DNA from: Oikopleura dioica
Lineage: Eukaryota; Animalia; Chordata
DNA length: 64,000 nt
Assembly: GCA_907165135.1 (NCBI GenBank)
Contig: OU015568.1
Span: 13,950,001 to 14,014,000 of the forward strand
Reading direction: 5' to 3'
The position numbers and the translations under genes were made by a program. Positions within the stretch are counted from its first letter, which is position 1. Each line of letters starts with the position of its first letter. Positions 14,543-27,800 of this stretch are shown here, in pieces. The notes under the pieces are model-generated. The model searched no databases and was not told where the DNA came from. It saw nothing but the letters and a program-made list of their open reading frames with translations.

Positions 14543-17500
14543 ATGTCCGATTACGATGAAATGAAGCCTGTACTAAGAGAGGATGGCACTGTCGATGAAC
14601 CTTTTCGCGCAAAACAGTGGCCATTTAATGTTCCTATTGCGAGCTACCCTTTTGTCAACGATCCAACCGAGCCGTGCGATTATTTCACCGTTTTTGAGCA
14701 GCATATGATCTTACCCCTGTTTAATCAGCTTCAAAGAATGAAGGAGTCACATGAAGGTAAACTAGAAAAAATTGGAACTCTGTATTCTGTTTATTTTATT
14801 TCATTTTATTCACAGCTTTGAGCAAGTTTGAAATGCTAGCTTCGACAATAATGGCCACCCCAAAATGCCCTGCCGAGCTAGTTTGTATAATATAACCTCA
14901 CTGTCTCTAAGCTACAACCTGCAAGAAGAAGAGTCTCTGGGGGGAAGTCTCTAGCTGCAAGTTTATTTCTGAACTTGGCGGCAAAAAGGAGTATAAAATC
15001 GGTAACTCGGGCCGCACTCGACTGAGATGCGCCCGGTCGGTCGTTGCGTATTTATGGAGCGGCGGTGGCGATGGCCGCCCCCGCTCGAAATCCATGCACA
15101 AAAGGCACAATGGGCAACGCGCAGTTGCCGAAGCTAGCAACCCCCTTGCATGGTTTCGATCGGCAAGGTGGTCGCCAGCAGCGACAATGGCAATAATGCA
15201 GGACAGGTGAAAATGCGGCATCTTCGCGTAGAACTGGACAATCGTGGTGGAATCTTGGCAAGAGCGATGTGAGGGAGACTGTAGCAGATCATCGAGCCGG
15301 AGCCGATTCCAGAGTCGTTCTGCAGGCCGAATTCGGATTTTGCTTTTCAAGGCAGCGACCCTGAGTTCGAAAACTCTAATTTTACTAAAGGATCGATGCC
15401 CTGTCCTGATTATTCTGTGCTGGCCTCGGTGCCGGAGCTACCAAGCCTGATGTGGTAGGTGGCACGGGCCAGGGAGTTGAAGTTGTCATGGGAGCACCCG
15501 AGTCAGTTGAAGCAACGGTAGTTGCGACTGCGGAGCTCTTGGTAAGGTAATCAAAGTTGTTGGTGCCGGTGCAGCCGCCGCGATTGCGGTCGGTGCATGG
15601 CAGTTCTTGTTGATGCCAGAGCACTCGCCGCGGTAGCGGTCGGTGCTAGGCTATTTATGTGAGTCAAAGGAGCGTCTCAGCTAGTCAATTTTGACAATAA
15701 TGCAGAGTACGAACTCCTGAGTAGCGTGTAAAAATGATTGGTGCCTCGAGCACTCGCCGCAATCGCGGTCGTTGCTCAGGAAACTGTTGGAGGCACTGGA
15801 GCCGATGTAATCCGAGAGAGCGCGTTGAAAATCACTGTATATCTGAGTTCAAAGTTTATCCAGCTGTCTAACCGTGTATCACCCCCTGGACAGAAGGGTA
15901 CACTTTCTACTCAATATCCGAAAAAAAAATTTTCACTCAAAGCAAGAATACAAGCAGAGCGAGTACTTGCTGAGTCACATCTTCTCATTTTGATTATCAG
16001 GCGCGCACCCGACCGGGCACTCGCCAGAAAGGTTTTGTCGAGACTTCTTCTCATGACAAATAGCTTCGAAAATCGAGTTTGAGGCATTTTACGCTCAGTT
16101 GGAGGATGAAATTTGTCAGGAGCGCCTTCAATCAGCGGTTTCCACATAATTGGTGGCGTATCAATAGTTGGGGCGAAGGTACTCTCATGGAGGTGAAGTT
16201 GAGCACTTGACCTAATTTAGGCAGACGCACAGCTTATTGAGCATGTTGAGAACTTTTGAGAAATACCTTATTACCGGCGTAAAATTGCGATTCTTCGAAT
16301 TTAGTAGAGAAAATGTTGAATCAATAATAGGATGTTCGATATGAATATAAAAGTGCTAGTCAGCTGAGAATGGAAATCGTATATGATGACTTCCCTTCGA
16401 GTCAGAACGTGGCTACCAATACGAATTGATATGATCAACCATATTGGATGATGAAAGGTGATTCACATTTGTATAAACGCACTCTTCGCCGCTTTTATTT
16501 AAAATTCGAATTTTGAAAGGGCGTTCTCAGAATATCAATTTTCGGACTAAGCCAGTAAATCAGTTGTACATGAATTAAGGGTACGTTTGTAAACTAGGAC
16601 CAATTCATACCATGCGCAACATCGTTGTCGCTGGTGAAAAGATCGTCATTGTAAAATTTTACTAGTAGAAAAACTTGAAGCCGACGATTGTGGCATTTGA
16701 TTGACCATTGGACCATGCCACGACCAGGTTAGGTTCTAGTGGCTGGTCTCCAATGACCGCTACACAATGCGTCTCGGTCATTTGTAGAGGGAGAGCGCTA
16801 AATCTGGTATTCGCATGAACTACCCGCTCTTGATTTATTAAAAATTTATAGAGGCATAAGGTTTTGGTCGGAGAATTTTCTCGACGACCCCCTTGCCTAT
16901 ATTATGGACTGGTCAGTACTAGCAGTTACCGCTTTCCTCAACATTTATCATTACTATTGGTCTGTTGGTACTAGCGATCGTAACCGCGTTCCACGAACCA
17001 TTATATTGCGGTTACAAGGCTTTTCTTAGCCGTTCTACCCCCTTCGGTAGTATAAACCGACTTTGGAAATATCATGGTTCGACACAGCTCGAATTAAGAT
17101 CGCTGACTACGCACCGCAGTCCTGGCGAATCGGTCTGCGAAACTTTCAGGATCCTAAGAGCATCGAAACCGTCGCGAGAGGATGACTGATTTTTCATCTT
17201 TACAAGATATCTTAAAAATTGATTTATGAGAACCGATTGAAATGTATGGAAATCTGTGATATCAGCAGTGTCGAATTATTCGAAACACTTTTGCTGATAC
17301 ACTTGTTGAATGTGTAAGTCCTTTGATAAGGTAAATGATGGACAAGCACTTATGATTCTACCTTTGAATCAATGTAGAAGTTCCACTCTGCTCTCCCTAA
17401 AGGGTTGAGAGGGCGCGGTTGTCTGACCATTCATTACCCTTTGGAAAGTAAGGCTTTGTTATTGATAGACATTTCGGTTCAGTAGGGGCATAGAAAGCAT

Positions 17501-18558
17501 GTATTGTGAAATAAAAGACCGAAAAATATCATAGGCCGACCTCTCAAGCGACTTTAAAAACTTTTGACTTTTTAAAAACTTGTTGTGCGCATGGAATTTC
17601 TATTTTTATCGATGAATTCCGTTTGGGCTAGGGGCTACAACTGTAACGCGTCTGTAATTGTGCCCTCGATGGGCCTGATAACTAGTATTTCGCCGTTAGG
17701 TCTCCATCACCCGCGCAAATGTATTTTGAACTTATCGCGCGATCATTCGATGGAGCCAGTATTTTGCTCTTGCTGGTCTCGATCGCGCGCGAAAAATATT
17801 TGGAAATTTCCCGCGCGGCGGTTAGGCCGACGCGGGTGGCCGATTCGCGAACGACCGTTGGGTTTACGTCGCGGGCGTTGCTGACGTGGCAGGGGACTAC
17901 TGGCCCTCTGATTGGCCGAGCGCGAAATCGGTTATGTAATCCTAACAATTTACTGTATTGCCGGATCTTGCACAGTACCCACACAGTAAATATTACTGTG
18001 CGTGTCTGCTCCCTAACTTGAGTCGAAGTCCAGTCTTTGGTTTGCTAGGATCAGTGGGTTTTATTCAGCGTGAGTTATTTAAATGAGAAGATAATGATTT
18101 TCAACGAAAGATTATTGAATAATATTCCGAGGAAAATCATTCGATTGACTCGCTTAGTTTTGTTACTAAGGAGTCAGAAACTCAGGGAGTATCTGACACC
18201 AGGGCTCGAAATCCCACTTCGACATCAATGCTAGCTTCGACAATAATGGCCACCCCAAAATGCCCTGCCGAGCTAGTTTGTATAATATAACCTCACTGTC
18301 TCTAAGCTACAACCTGCAAGAAGAAGAGTCTCTGGGGGGAAGTCTCTAGCTGCAAGTTTATTTCTGAACTTGGCGGCAAAAAGGAGTATAAAATCGGTAA
18401 CTCGGGCCGCACTCGACTGAGATGCGCCCGGTCGGTCGTTGCGTATTTATGGAGCGGCGGTGGCGATGGCCGCCCCCGCTCGAAATCCATGCACAAAAGG
18501 CACAATGGGCAACGCGCAGTTGCCGAAGCTAGCAGAAATTTTAACTGATTCTATTTGA
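14543..18558 (+). CDS. Small hypothetical two-exon gene whose last exon is interrupted by the LTR element
   Basis: ORF from ATG 14543, GT-AG intron ending before 14816; removing the LTR element and one GAAA copy gives ...ESHEALSKFEILTDSI* with stop at 18556-18558. Confidence 0.45.
14834..15139 (-). repeat. 3' LTR (306 bp)
   Basis: No differences from 18229-18534 by eye; bordered on the minus strand by purine tract CAAGGGGGT (15140-15148). Confidence 0.93.
18203..18227 (-). other. Primer-binding site resembling the complement of a tRNA-Leu 3' end
   Basis: Minus strand TGATGTCGAAGTGGGATTTCGAGCC versus TGGTGTCAGAAGTGGGATTCGAACC expected for tRNA-Leu (recalled consensus, several mismatches). 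Confidence 0.55.
18229..18534 (-). repeat. 5' LTR (306 bp)
   Basis: Copy of 14834-15139, followed on the minus strand by the PBS-like sequence. Confidence 0.93.
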
Positions 18559-19805
18559 CTGGAGTGTGGCGGGCTTCTAATTCAGTTCTATACATTTGCC
18601 GCATCGCTATAATATCCGATAGTGGTATCTGTTTGGATCCGTCATCTATTGAATTCAACGGCTTGAAGTTTGCAAGCCAAGAAGGAAAATCAGCGATCCA
18701 TTCGTCTCGTATTGTTAGCTTCAGATCCACGTCCTCGATTTCATCTGGACTTTGATAGAGAGGTTTGTCGAGCGAAAAGTCTGCGAAGAGCTTTTCCTTT
18801 GCTTCATTTGTCAAAATCGACTCCCAGCGTTTATAGACACCGAAAAGGTCAGTACATCTCCCTGGGTATTGCAGAATTTCTGCGTCTTTCGGGGCGTCAG
18901 ACTCCTTTTGCTGCTTATCATCATCATTCTCAATTTTTTCGCCAGTATTCTCCAGCTCAGGAGAATCGCCATCATTGGAGGTCGAAGTCGTAGCTGCTGC
19001 TATATTAGCAGAACCACCTTCTGCGACGAGTGATGCTTCTGTACTGCTTGCAACTAGAGTTGAATTACTCGGCTTGTCGTCTGAAGGTATTGATATTTGA
19101 GTCGAATTCGTAGGAGCAAGGGTCGCATTATGATAAGCTATCAATTTGGCAAACGATTCTGATAGATTCACCGGTTGATTAATAATGTTGTTCAAAGAGA
19201 TGTCTAAAATCATCTTTAGACAAATTAATTCACAAAAAGTTACCATTTCCATCGTCATCTTCGACGTTTATTTCCTGAATCAGAGTTCCGTCATTTTCAG
19301 CATCCATCGGCTCGACTTTCACTTGTTCAGAATTAATAGTAGTAAGCTCCATTATTTGAGCCTCAGTAAGCTGATTTCGCGGCTCGTTTCCTATGGCGAG
19401 AATGGTTTGATTCCTCAACACATGTCGCACTTTCACACTTCTAGTGAAATTATATTAGAATGTTCAAAATGAAAATAATTACTGAAGGTGTTCTTCGATA
19501 GTTATTTCAGTTACTGGTTCTCCTCGTTGTTTTCGTTCGACAAGTCCGTAGATGAACACAAACATTTCTTCTGTTGTCCAGAAATCTCGGGGAAGGTCAT
19601 GTTTTGACAGCTTTGTCATGATATCCGCACAGGTTGCTACAACCTCTTGTGTCAGGTTTAGCTTCGCTGTAGCTTTCTTCTGAACGGCAGTTTGATGCAT
19701 TTGTTGAGAGATAAGATTATTCTGTTCTTCGGTCAGAGGGTATTTCAATTTATGTTTGTCGCACATCGCTTTTACTGCTCGACGATCTGTTTTTGTGCTA
19801 TTCAC
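18551..19805 (-). CDS. Hypothetical spliced protein (exons at 19479-19805, 19230-19436, 18551-19200); may extend to ORF 19852-20187
   Basis: Consecutive ORFs joinable in frame by short GT-AG introns (e.g. ...DDGN|DISLNNIINQ...); no recognisable domain. Confidence 0.5.
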
Positions 19806-20525
19806 GTAAGTTCTTAATTTCTTAAATTCGAGTTAGTTTCTTCTTAAGTCATTAAATAAAGACCTTTCCGTAACATGGGCATCCTTCTAAACGACATCGT
19901 AAAAGACCAGTTCTATACAAACGGGTATCGCCAGGATAGGTACCGCATAAAATGAGCTCTTCTAGTTCCATCACTCGTGGCTCTACCAGATCGTATACTT
20001 TCTCAGGGACGTTCCATGGTACCCAGTCATCCCCATTCCAAGGATTGTCAACCCGGTCTTTGACAATGCCCTTCCAATCCCCGGTCCAATCTTCGTTCAT
20101 CCTCTGTCTTTTATACATTTTCAAAATCGTGAAAAAAAATTGCTGCTTTTGAGCGGACACAGATAAAGGGACAGTTTTTGTTTTCAATTCAAAACAGGTC
20201 GCCCTGTGCGCAGAAAACTGCCCTGAGTGCCTATTCGCCCGCGAGACTTTCTGTCTCGTCCAATCAACACAGGTTTAACCCTGTGTAACCTGTCCCTGTT
20301 CTCAGGTTTCGCTGAAAACTCAGAATGACTCTTGCGCCGTGATAAAAATCGATTTTCAATGAAAAATCAGGATGCATAGTATAGGGTTGAAAAGCAGGAA
20401 TGAGAATTTAGCTCTTAATCTGACATTAAAAAAAACAGGGTGAAACAAACAGGGTCTCAAACTTGAAGCGCCTTTTAGAGATCTTGGAATCATTTCAGAA
20501 CTTTTTAATTAATCAATAAATATGA

Positions 20526-20893
20526 CCTTTAGATTTTGTTAACTCGCAGACAATCAAAACTGAAGCAGATGTCAAGGCTGAAATCAAAAACGAATCTGTC
20601 AAAACAGAAATCAAGGAGGAACCATTCTTCGAACCTGAAATTAATAGTAAATACGTCGATAAGAAGACCGACGGTGCCCAGTCTGACGTCTGCCAGTCTC
20701 GTTCAGATAACCAAGAGCCGACTATAAAAGAGTATTACGATCCAGTTATCAAGACGAAATACATCACTCTCAACGACGGAACCCCTGTTCTAGGCGAAAA
20801 CTACACGGAGCCATGCAAAGAGTATCAAAAGCTTCCTCACTGGTTGTTACGGGTTCCTCGATTTTACTTTTATTTTAACCAAATTGGAGAGTA
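20526..20893 (+). CDS. Probable internal exon not in the ORF track (no start codon), rich in psi-K-x-E motifs
   Basis: Open frame DFVNSQTIKTEADVKAEIKNESVKTEIKEEPFFEPE... preceded by TTTAG acceptor. Confidence 0.4.
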
Positions 20894-21687
20894 ATCGCAA
20901 AACCCTGAAAAGCCGAAAGTTACACGCATTCAAATCGCAGCTGGTGAGCATCTCGCCAAAAACGATCAACCCTCTCCCTTCGATCCAGTACCGTACTGGA
21001 GCAACTTGCCTAGCTTTCAGAAGTGATACTGCCAAAGCACAAGAGTTCAATTATTTATTAACAACTAAGTTTCAAATTTAATTTTTACCATTTATCTTTA
21101 AATAAGTTTCTCTTATTTTTTTCACTTTCTTTTTGCTTCAAAACAGCGTTCAGAGCTCCAGGACTCTTGAGTAAACTGCCGACGTTAAAAGTAATTCATT
21201 TATCTACACCTCAGTTATATTTTTGCACAAAAAAAACGAAAACCAAATAAAAAATTCAAAATTTCAAAAACTTGCGCGTTTTATTGCATGTACTCGAGGA
21301 GGAACAAAGAACAAATGTGTAGCTTATCATGCCGAAGTGCAGAATACGAACTTGAAATTCAAATGTTCAATTGTTATGGATGATTAGCAGATGACGACGA
21401 AAAGGAGGATGAAGGTCTAGGGAAAATACAGCTAAACAAGCCTTTCAGTCAGCTTTTTCTAGATAAAATAAGGATCCGATTTGAACAACATTTTTCCCTC
21501 GCAACGGCGTGAACTCAGTCTATTTTTTAAATTTTCACCTGCAGCTTGTTTTCAAAAACTTGAAAACACAAAAACAAATCTTAGATCGGCAAGTTGAACT
21601 CCGACGATCCTAACTCCGCTGATAACTCCGCCAGGTTTAATCCTAATTGAGATCTTCGCTGTAGCCAACGACAAAATCTAGAGCAGC

Positions 21688-21725
21688 GAGCGCGATTGGT
21701 GGATCTCAAATCGCGCGCTTTTGAA
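21688..21725 (+). promoter_or_regulatory. Candidate cell-cycle promoter elements (inverted CCAAT, CDE/E2F-like CGCGCG, CHR TTTGAA) upstream of HMMR
   Basis: GATTGG and TCGCGCGCTTTTGAA about 80-110 nt before the ATG; CHR consensus TTTGAA is established for G2/M genes. Confidence 0.35.
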
Positions 21726-21804
21726 CGACGCAGCCTTGGCGCTTGTCCCTCACTTGCTCTCTTGAAAATCAGAGAAAATAGCCAAAATTTTAAGTTTTTA
21801 AAAA

Positions 21805-24800
21805 ATGTCTTTCGCAAAATCCAAACGAACAACCTACTTCGACGACGTTACCAAAAATAAAGAGAATCTTCCTGGGCCCGAGCGATACAACCCTCAAAAT
21901 GACCAGGTGAGTTTTAATTAAAAAGGAAAAAATTGCTAACCAACATAAATTTCACTAATCTAATTCAGTCAATCTGGGGCTATTACGGTCAAAATGGCCA
22001 GGTTTGTTGAAAAACCCAAATCACTCAAAAATTGGTGTATCTTTGGTGATCAAATAAACTTGCTTGATTGTACTTGAATCGATAACTAAAAAATTATTTA
22101 AAAAAATCTACATTTCTTACTAACCATTCGAACCGTTTTCCCGAACGACATTTAACCATCTTTTAGAGAGTCAAAGGCGGCTTCCAGTACCGCGACCAGA
22201 GCATGATGGACATAAGCAGCATCAGCGGAGCCTACCAAACTGACAAGTCTATTCTTGGTCCTCCTCAATCGACCCCGTCAAAAGAGCCCTTCAAAATCGC
22301 AAAACGAGGGACCAGAAAGTCAACAGTTTCAAAATCGCTCGAAATGAGCATGTCCCAAGAAATGGCCAAATACAAGGTCAGTATTTCGAAAAAAGTTATC
22401 TTTAATCTTGAGCTGTTTTCAGGAGCTCGAGTCGGACCATTTTCAACTGAAACAGCGCTATCAGAAGATCTCCGATTTGAAAGACGAGCTCGAGGAAGAC
22501 TACACGCGAGTAAAGGAAGAAGCGCAAAAAGTTCCGCGACTCCAGAAGCAGCTTGAAGCCTTACAGGACTCGCTAGAAATCAGCAAGACAAAGGTAAGCT
22601 ACCTTTCTTTACTTATTCTGACAGAAGATATCAGGGCGAAGAAGTAAAAATCCTGGAAGATCAGCTGCGCCAGTTGAAAGAAAAAGAAGACGAGACTTTC
22701 AAACAGATCACAGAAAAGGAGTCTCAATTGGTCACGCTCAGAGGTCAAATCGTCGCGCTAGAAGGAAGAATTACAGAATCAGAGGTAAGAGTAAAAATCG
22801 GTGTTTTCATCGTTGATTTCTTATTTACAAAAGAAAAGAAAACTCATTCATCCTGATTCATTTTAAAAAACTTTTCAAGGTCCAATTACAAGAACACAAG
22901 GTTTGTATATTTTAAATGCATGATATTTTCTGATTCATCATTTTACACCATTTATTTCAATCCCACACGGCGCTAGCTACAGGACTTAACAAACTGTAGC
23001 TTGTGCCCCCTGGAATTCACTCATTTTTATACTTTCAGAAATCCATTACCAATTCTTTTTCAGACAACGCTGAAAAACAAAAGCGACGAGTTACAAAAGG
23101 CGAACCTGGCCAACTTCAACCTGGAGCACAGAATCGCTGAGCTCGAGCCACTGAAAGAGAATGTCGCCTTGCTGAAAGAGGACAACGCCGTGTATGCAGC
23201 AGAGATCAACGGGCTCAAGCAAACGCTCGAAGAAGCGCACAAGACGTTGAAAATAAAAGAGTCCGAGAATGCATCGCTCAAGCAGAATATCGGCTCCCAA
23301 GTGAGCGAAACTGACTCGCTTGTGAAGAAACTCGAGCAGATGCGTTTTGAGCGGGATGAGTGCAAGGCGCTTGAGAAGGATCTCAGAGAAGTCCAGGTAA
23401 ATTTGATTTTGACCACTGCTTTTCTAAAAGCTAACTTTCATTTATAGGGAACTACCGAAGCAAAAGTGCGAGAATTAATCGCTTCTGTCGCTGAAAGAGA
23501 AGACCAAATAAAAGTCCTCGAGCAAGAGATCAGAACTCATCAAACCGCGTTGACTAGTGCTTCTGAAAAATCCGCAGCTTCTGAGGAATCGAAGGCGGCG
23601 CAGATCCAGGAGTTGAGCAACGAACTCGCAGGGTTGAAAGAAAACTTGAGCGAAAAGTCAGCCGAGCTTGAAGAGAAACTCTCCGAAAATCAGAAAATCA
23701 GCGAGGCTCTCGAAAATTTGAAGGCAGCTCTTCTCCTGGAAGAAGAAAAGCTCAAAAAAGCCGAGGAAAGCCATGAGAAGCAGCTGAAGGCGAATTCTGA
23801 AGCTCGAGATTTAGAAATAGCTGAATCAGAAGCGAAGATTTCTGAACTTCAAAGCGCTGCCCAAGCGAAGGACTTGCAGATTTCGCAATTCGAAGAATCG
23901 ATCAAGGTAATTATCTATTTAGCACTTTAGTGCTTTTTAAAACTTACTTTACACTGAAAATTTAGGCAACTGCGGCTGAAAATGTCCACTTACTCGAGAA
24001 GATCGAACAATCAGACTCTGCAATGAAAGCCTTCGAGGAGAAGCTCAACTCGGCTGAATCTGCGCAATCTGATCTTTCTTCTGAAATTGCTCGCTTGAAA
24101 GCTGAACTTGAAGAAGCCAAGGCGAAGAATGTCTGTTCTTCTCAAGAGTTCACGGCGCTGAAGGAAGAAGTCTCGACTCTTAGGGCGGCATCGAAGGATC
24201 ATGAAGCGAAATTCGTGAAAATTGTCAACGAGAAACGAGAAATCGCAAAAGAAGCTGAAATTCTTCGAGAGCATGGGTAAACCGTTCGCGATTTTCTCAA
24301 TTAACTTTCTTTCCTAGCGCCAAATACAAGATAAAGCGAGACAATCTTCGAGCCATATACGACGAGCAGCTGCAGAAGACAGAGCAACTAGAGCTCTTCA
24401 AGAAGGATCACGAAGGCACTCTGGCTGCGCTCCAGCAAAAGCTCAAGGCGGCCGAAACTGAGAAACAAAACTTCCGAGCTCAGTTGACCGCTGCCGAGCG
24501 GAAATTGGCCGACGCTACAGATCGGTAAGTAAGAATACTCGATAGTAGTATGTACATAAGCTTTTTTCAATAATGGAGATAATGTAAACAAAGAAAGGTA
24601 AATAATTATAAATATTTATGAAATATATAAACAAGTTAAAATATTTATATTAAACGTAAACATATGATAAATATTAGTAAACTAAATATAAAATATAAAC
24701 ATGAGTCTTCAAAACAAAGGAAGCTCAAAAATAACATAAAAATTTCTAGAAGGTTATTTTAATAACCAAGTTATTCAAATAACTTGTTATTGAAATAACT

Positions 24801-27800
24801 TGTTATTCAAATAACTTTTTATTACGATAACCGTTATTCAAATAACCTTCTAGAAACTTTTATGTTATTTTTTACAAAAACTGTCCCTTGGATGAGACTT
24901 TTCAAATATAAACATGAGTAGGATTTGTATCGGGAAGGCGGCGCGCGGCGTGGCGCTTTTCGCCCAAAATGACGGAAATCTATTTCGCGTAACTTGAAAG
25001 ACTTACAGTGGAAAACCTATGAATATATGAAAAAATTTGAGGCTTGTTCATAAATTGACCTTAAAAACTTAACTTTCCATCAAAAAAGCGTAGTTTTCTC
25101 GAAAATTAAACAAAAACCTGTTTTTTGTGTTTCTAACCGACCTTCCGAATCTCTGATTTTGAGATATGTGAAAGAACAACTTTCTAGTGTCTGTTAAAGT
25201 TTGAAGACCGGGGAAAAACTAGAAGGCTTTCAAATGTCCCGTTAATGGAGTCTTGTATAATAAATTTTTTTCAGAAAAGATTAAGGTGAACAAGTCACAG
25301 AGCTGAATAAGATTCTTTGCCTCTTTTTCATGTCTGTTTTGAATTATTTATTTTCAACTAAAATATTTTCTTCAATAATTTCGCTTGCGTCAATGTTTAC
25401 GACCAGTGTTATTTTTATAATCATAATTGTTTAAAGAAAGAAAAAATAATTTTTGGCTCTACTACAACCGTTTTAAGTTAAAATATTTTAAAACAAAATC
25501 ATTGCCAAGTTATTGATCCAGTGTTTATTGTTGTAAATAAAAGGAGCGGTGAAAGATATGATCGCGTAATTAAGAGAAAATGTCAACGATGATAAGCGGA
25601 GAAATTCTTCCTCAAAAAGAGTTTGCATACCCTTTTCGTATATTGCTAAGTGGATCATCTGGTGCTGGAAAAACTTATATTGCAAAGCAAGTTCTGCTGA
25701 ACAGGCATCTGTTTCAGAAGAAAACAAAGCGGGTCCTGTATTTTTATCCCTGTTTCCTTGAAGAAAAACCCGTTCAGTGGGATGATCTTGGAATTCCTGT
25801 TAGCTATCGCGTCGGTATCCCATCACAGGATGATATTGATGAGATGATGCCCCATACAACGATTGTTCTTGATGATCTTTATGAAGAAGCGATTCAAAGT
25901 CAAGCTATAGATCATCTTTTTCGAGTCACAAGCGGCAAGCGAAGCCTGAACGTTATGATTATGACTCAAAATAATTATGCTGCTGGAAAATTTGGTCGTA
26001 ACATTCGTCTGAACTGTAACGCAACGTTTCTCTGCCGAAACTGTCTAGACGGAACAATCAATAAGAGAGTTTGCAATACAGCTGGGCTGCAAAAAGCGTT
26101 CAAGAGAGCGTCCGAAGATATCAAGAACAAATCATATCCTTACATGTTTCTTGATCAATCGCCTCGAGGTCATGCCTCAAGCTACCGGCTGTACACGGAT
26201 ATATTCTCAAAATATCCTGTTGTCTACTCAGTCACCGGTATGAAGGCTTGCATCGTACCCTTCAACGATTTCAAGCAAAACTTCAACATTATCGAAAGAG
26301 AAAATACTTTCGAAGCAACAGCGAAGAAAGATGACGAAAAATACTCATCGTGCAAAACAATCGAAACATCAAGGGTTAAAGCAAAAACAAGATGTGACAG
26401 CTTTACAGATGACTCGTCAGAGTCGGAGGTTGAGAGGAAAAGAACCAGAAAACGACGAAAGAGATCTGTCCCCGAGAAGAAATCAAAGAAAAAGACAAAG
26501 AAATCCAAGCGAAGACGACCATCAACTTCCTCCGAAAGTGAAACATCCTCAGCAAGCTCAAGCTCAGGTAAAGAATCAAGTGAATCAACAAGCGACTCTG
26601 AAAAAACAGAAGAAGACAGTGACGGATCAGATTCAAGCCCTGTACGAAAACGTTGCAAGCGCTCCAGCGTTCTCAGCGAAAGTAGCGGAGTTTCTCAGGC
26701 AGAATAAAACTCATAGTACTCACCGTCGAATAACTAAAAAACGATTTCCCAGAAGAAAAATCATAGTCGACTCGCCATTCAAAATTTTTATGGGTGACTT
26801 GATTGAATACAAGAAATTCAAATTTTCAAATCGTCAGTATGCTTATGTTCTACTTATAATCGATTGCTTCTCTCGCTTTATATGGACACGACCTGTAAAA
26901 ACAAAAGGAGGAATCGATGTTGCTAACGCTCTCAATGATATATTTCAAGATTTTCTCGAATGGCCTAATTCTCTTATCACAGACGAAGGCTTGGAATTCT
27001 ACAATGTCAATGTAAAAAAAATTCTTGATCGCTATGGAATGCATCACTATAGTATCAAAACAAAATTGAAAGCGAGTATGGCAGAACGAGTCAATCAAAC
27101 CATCAAAAAACGAGTGGAGCTGTTTATGAAATCAAACAAAACTAAAAATTGGATCGATGTTCTTCCAGAAATAGTCAAAGGCTACAATTCCACTCCTCAT
27201 CGAGCCATTGGAATGGCACCAAGCCAAGTCTCACATGAAAATAGAGCACAGGTCTTCGCTCATCTCTTCCCGGATTTCGATTTGAAAGTCAAACCAAGAC
27301 TCAAAATTGGGAACGTTGTCCGAGTAAAAATAGAGAAGGGTATCTTCGAAAAAGGATATACACAAAACTGGACAGACAAAATTTACGTCATAATCGATAT
27401 CAGACAACGAGCCGGAGTAGTTTGGTATAAAATTGCAGACGAAGAAGGAAATAGACAACCTGGAATAAAGTACTACTTTGAGCTTAACTTCGTTGCAGAT
27501 GATCTTGAATCTTTTCGAGACAATGACCAAGGAGCTGAAAGTTCCTGAAATTTTCTTTGAAAAAAAATCAAGAGTACAATGTTCAAATTATAAGCGCTGT
27601 CTGTAATCTGATGACGACTCCGCGTGACATGGACATTGCTTTCATAACGTGTAACTCAATTGCTTCTTGCTATGGAGAACCGAATACGCTGATGATGGGT
27701 CAAATCCGTCCAAACGACAGGTGGTGCCATTTCTCCGACCAACGCTCCGTTACCTTCCCTTTAAACATATATAACTGGCGGGATACACGATTTTCAATCG

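Larger units (their letters stand above)
14834..18534 (-). mobile_element. Non-autonomous LTR retroelement (Ty3/gypsy- or Tor-like), 3.7 kb
   Basis: Two 306-bp direct repeats with TG...CA ends and inverted termini TGCTAGCTTCG/CGAAGCTAGCA; 4-bp TSD GAAA (14830-14833, 18535-18538); PPT next to the left LTR and tRNA-like PBS next to the right LTR; no long internal ORF. Confidence 0.92.

Noticed and set aside
14907-15350. 147-aa ORF and its partial twin at 18302-18505
   Set aside because: Both run through the LTR sequence; there is no gag or pol motif
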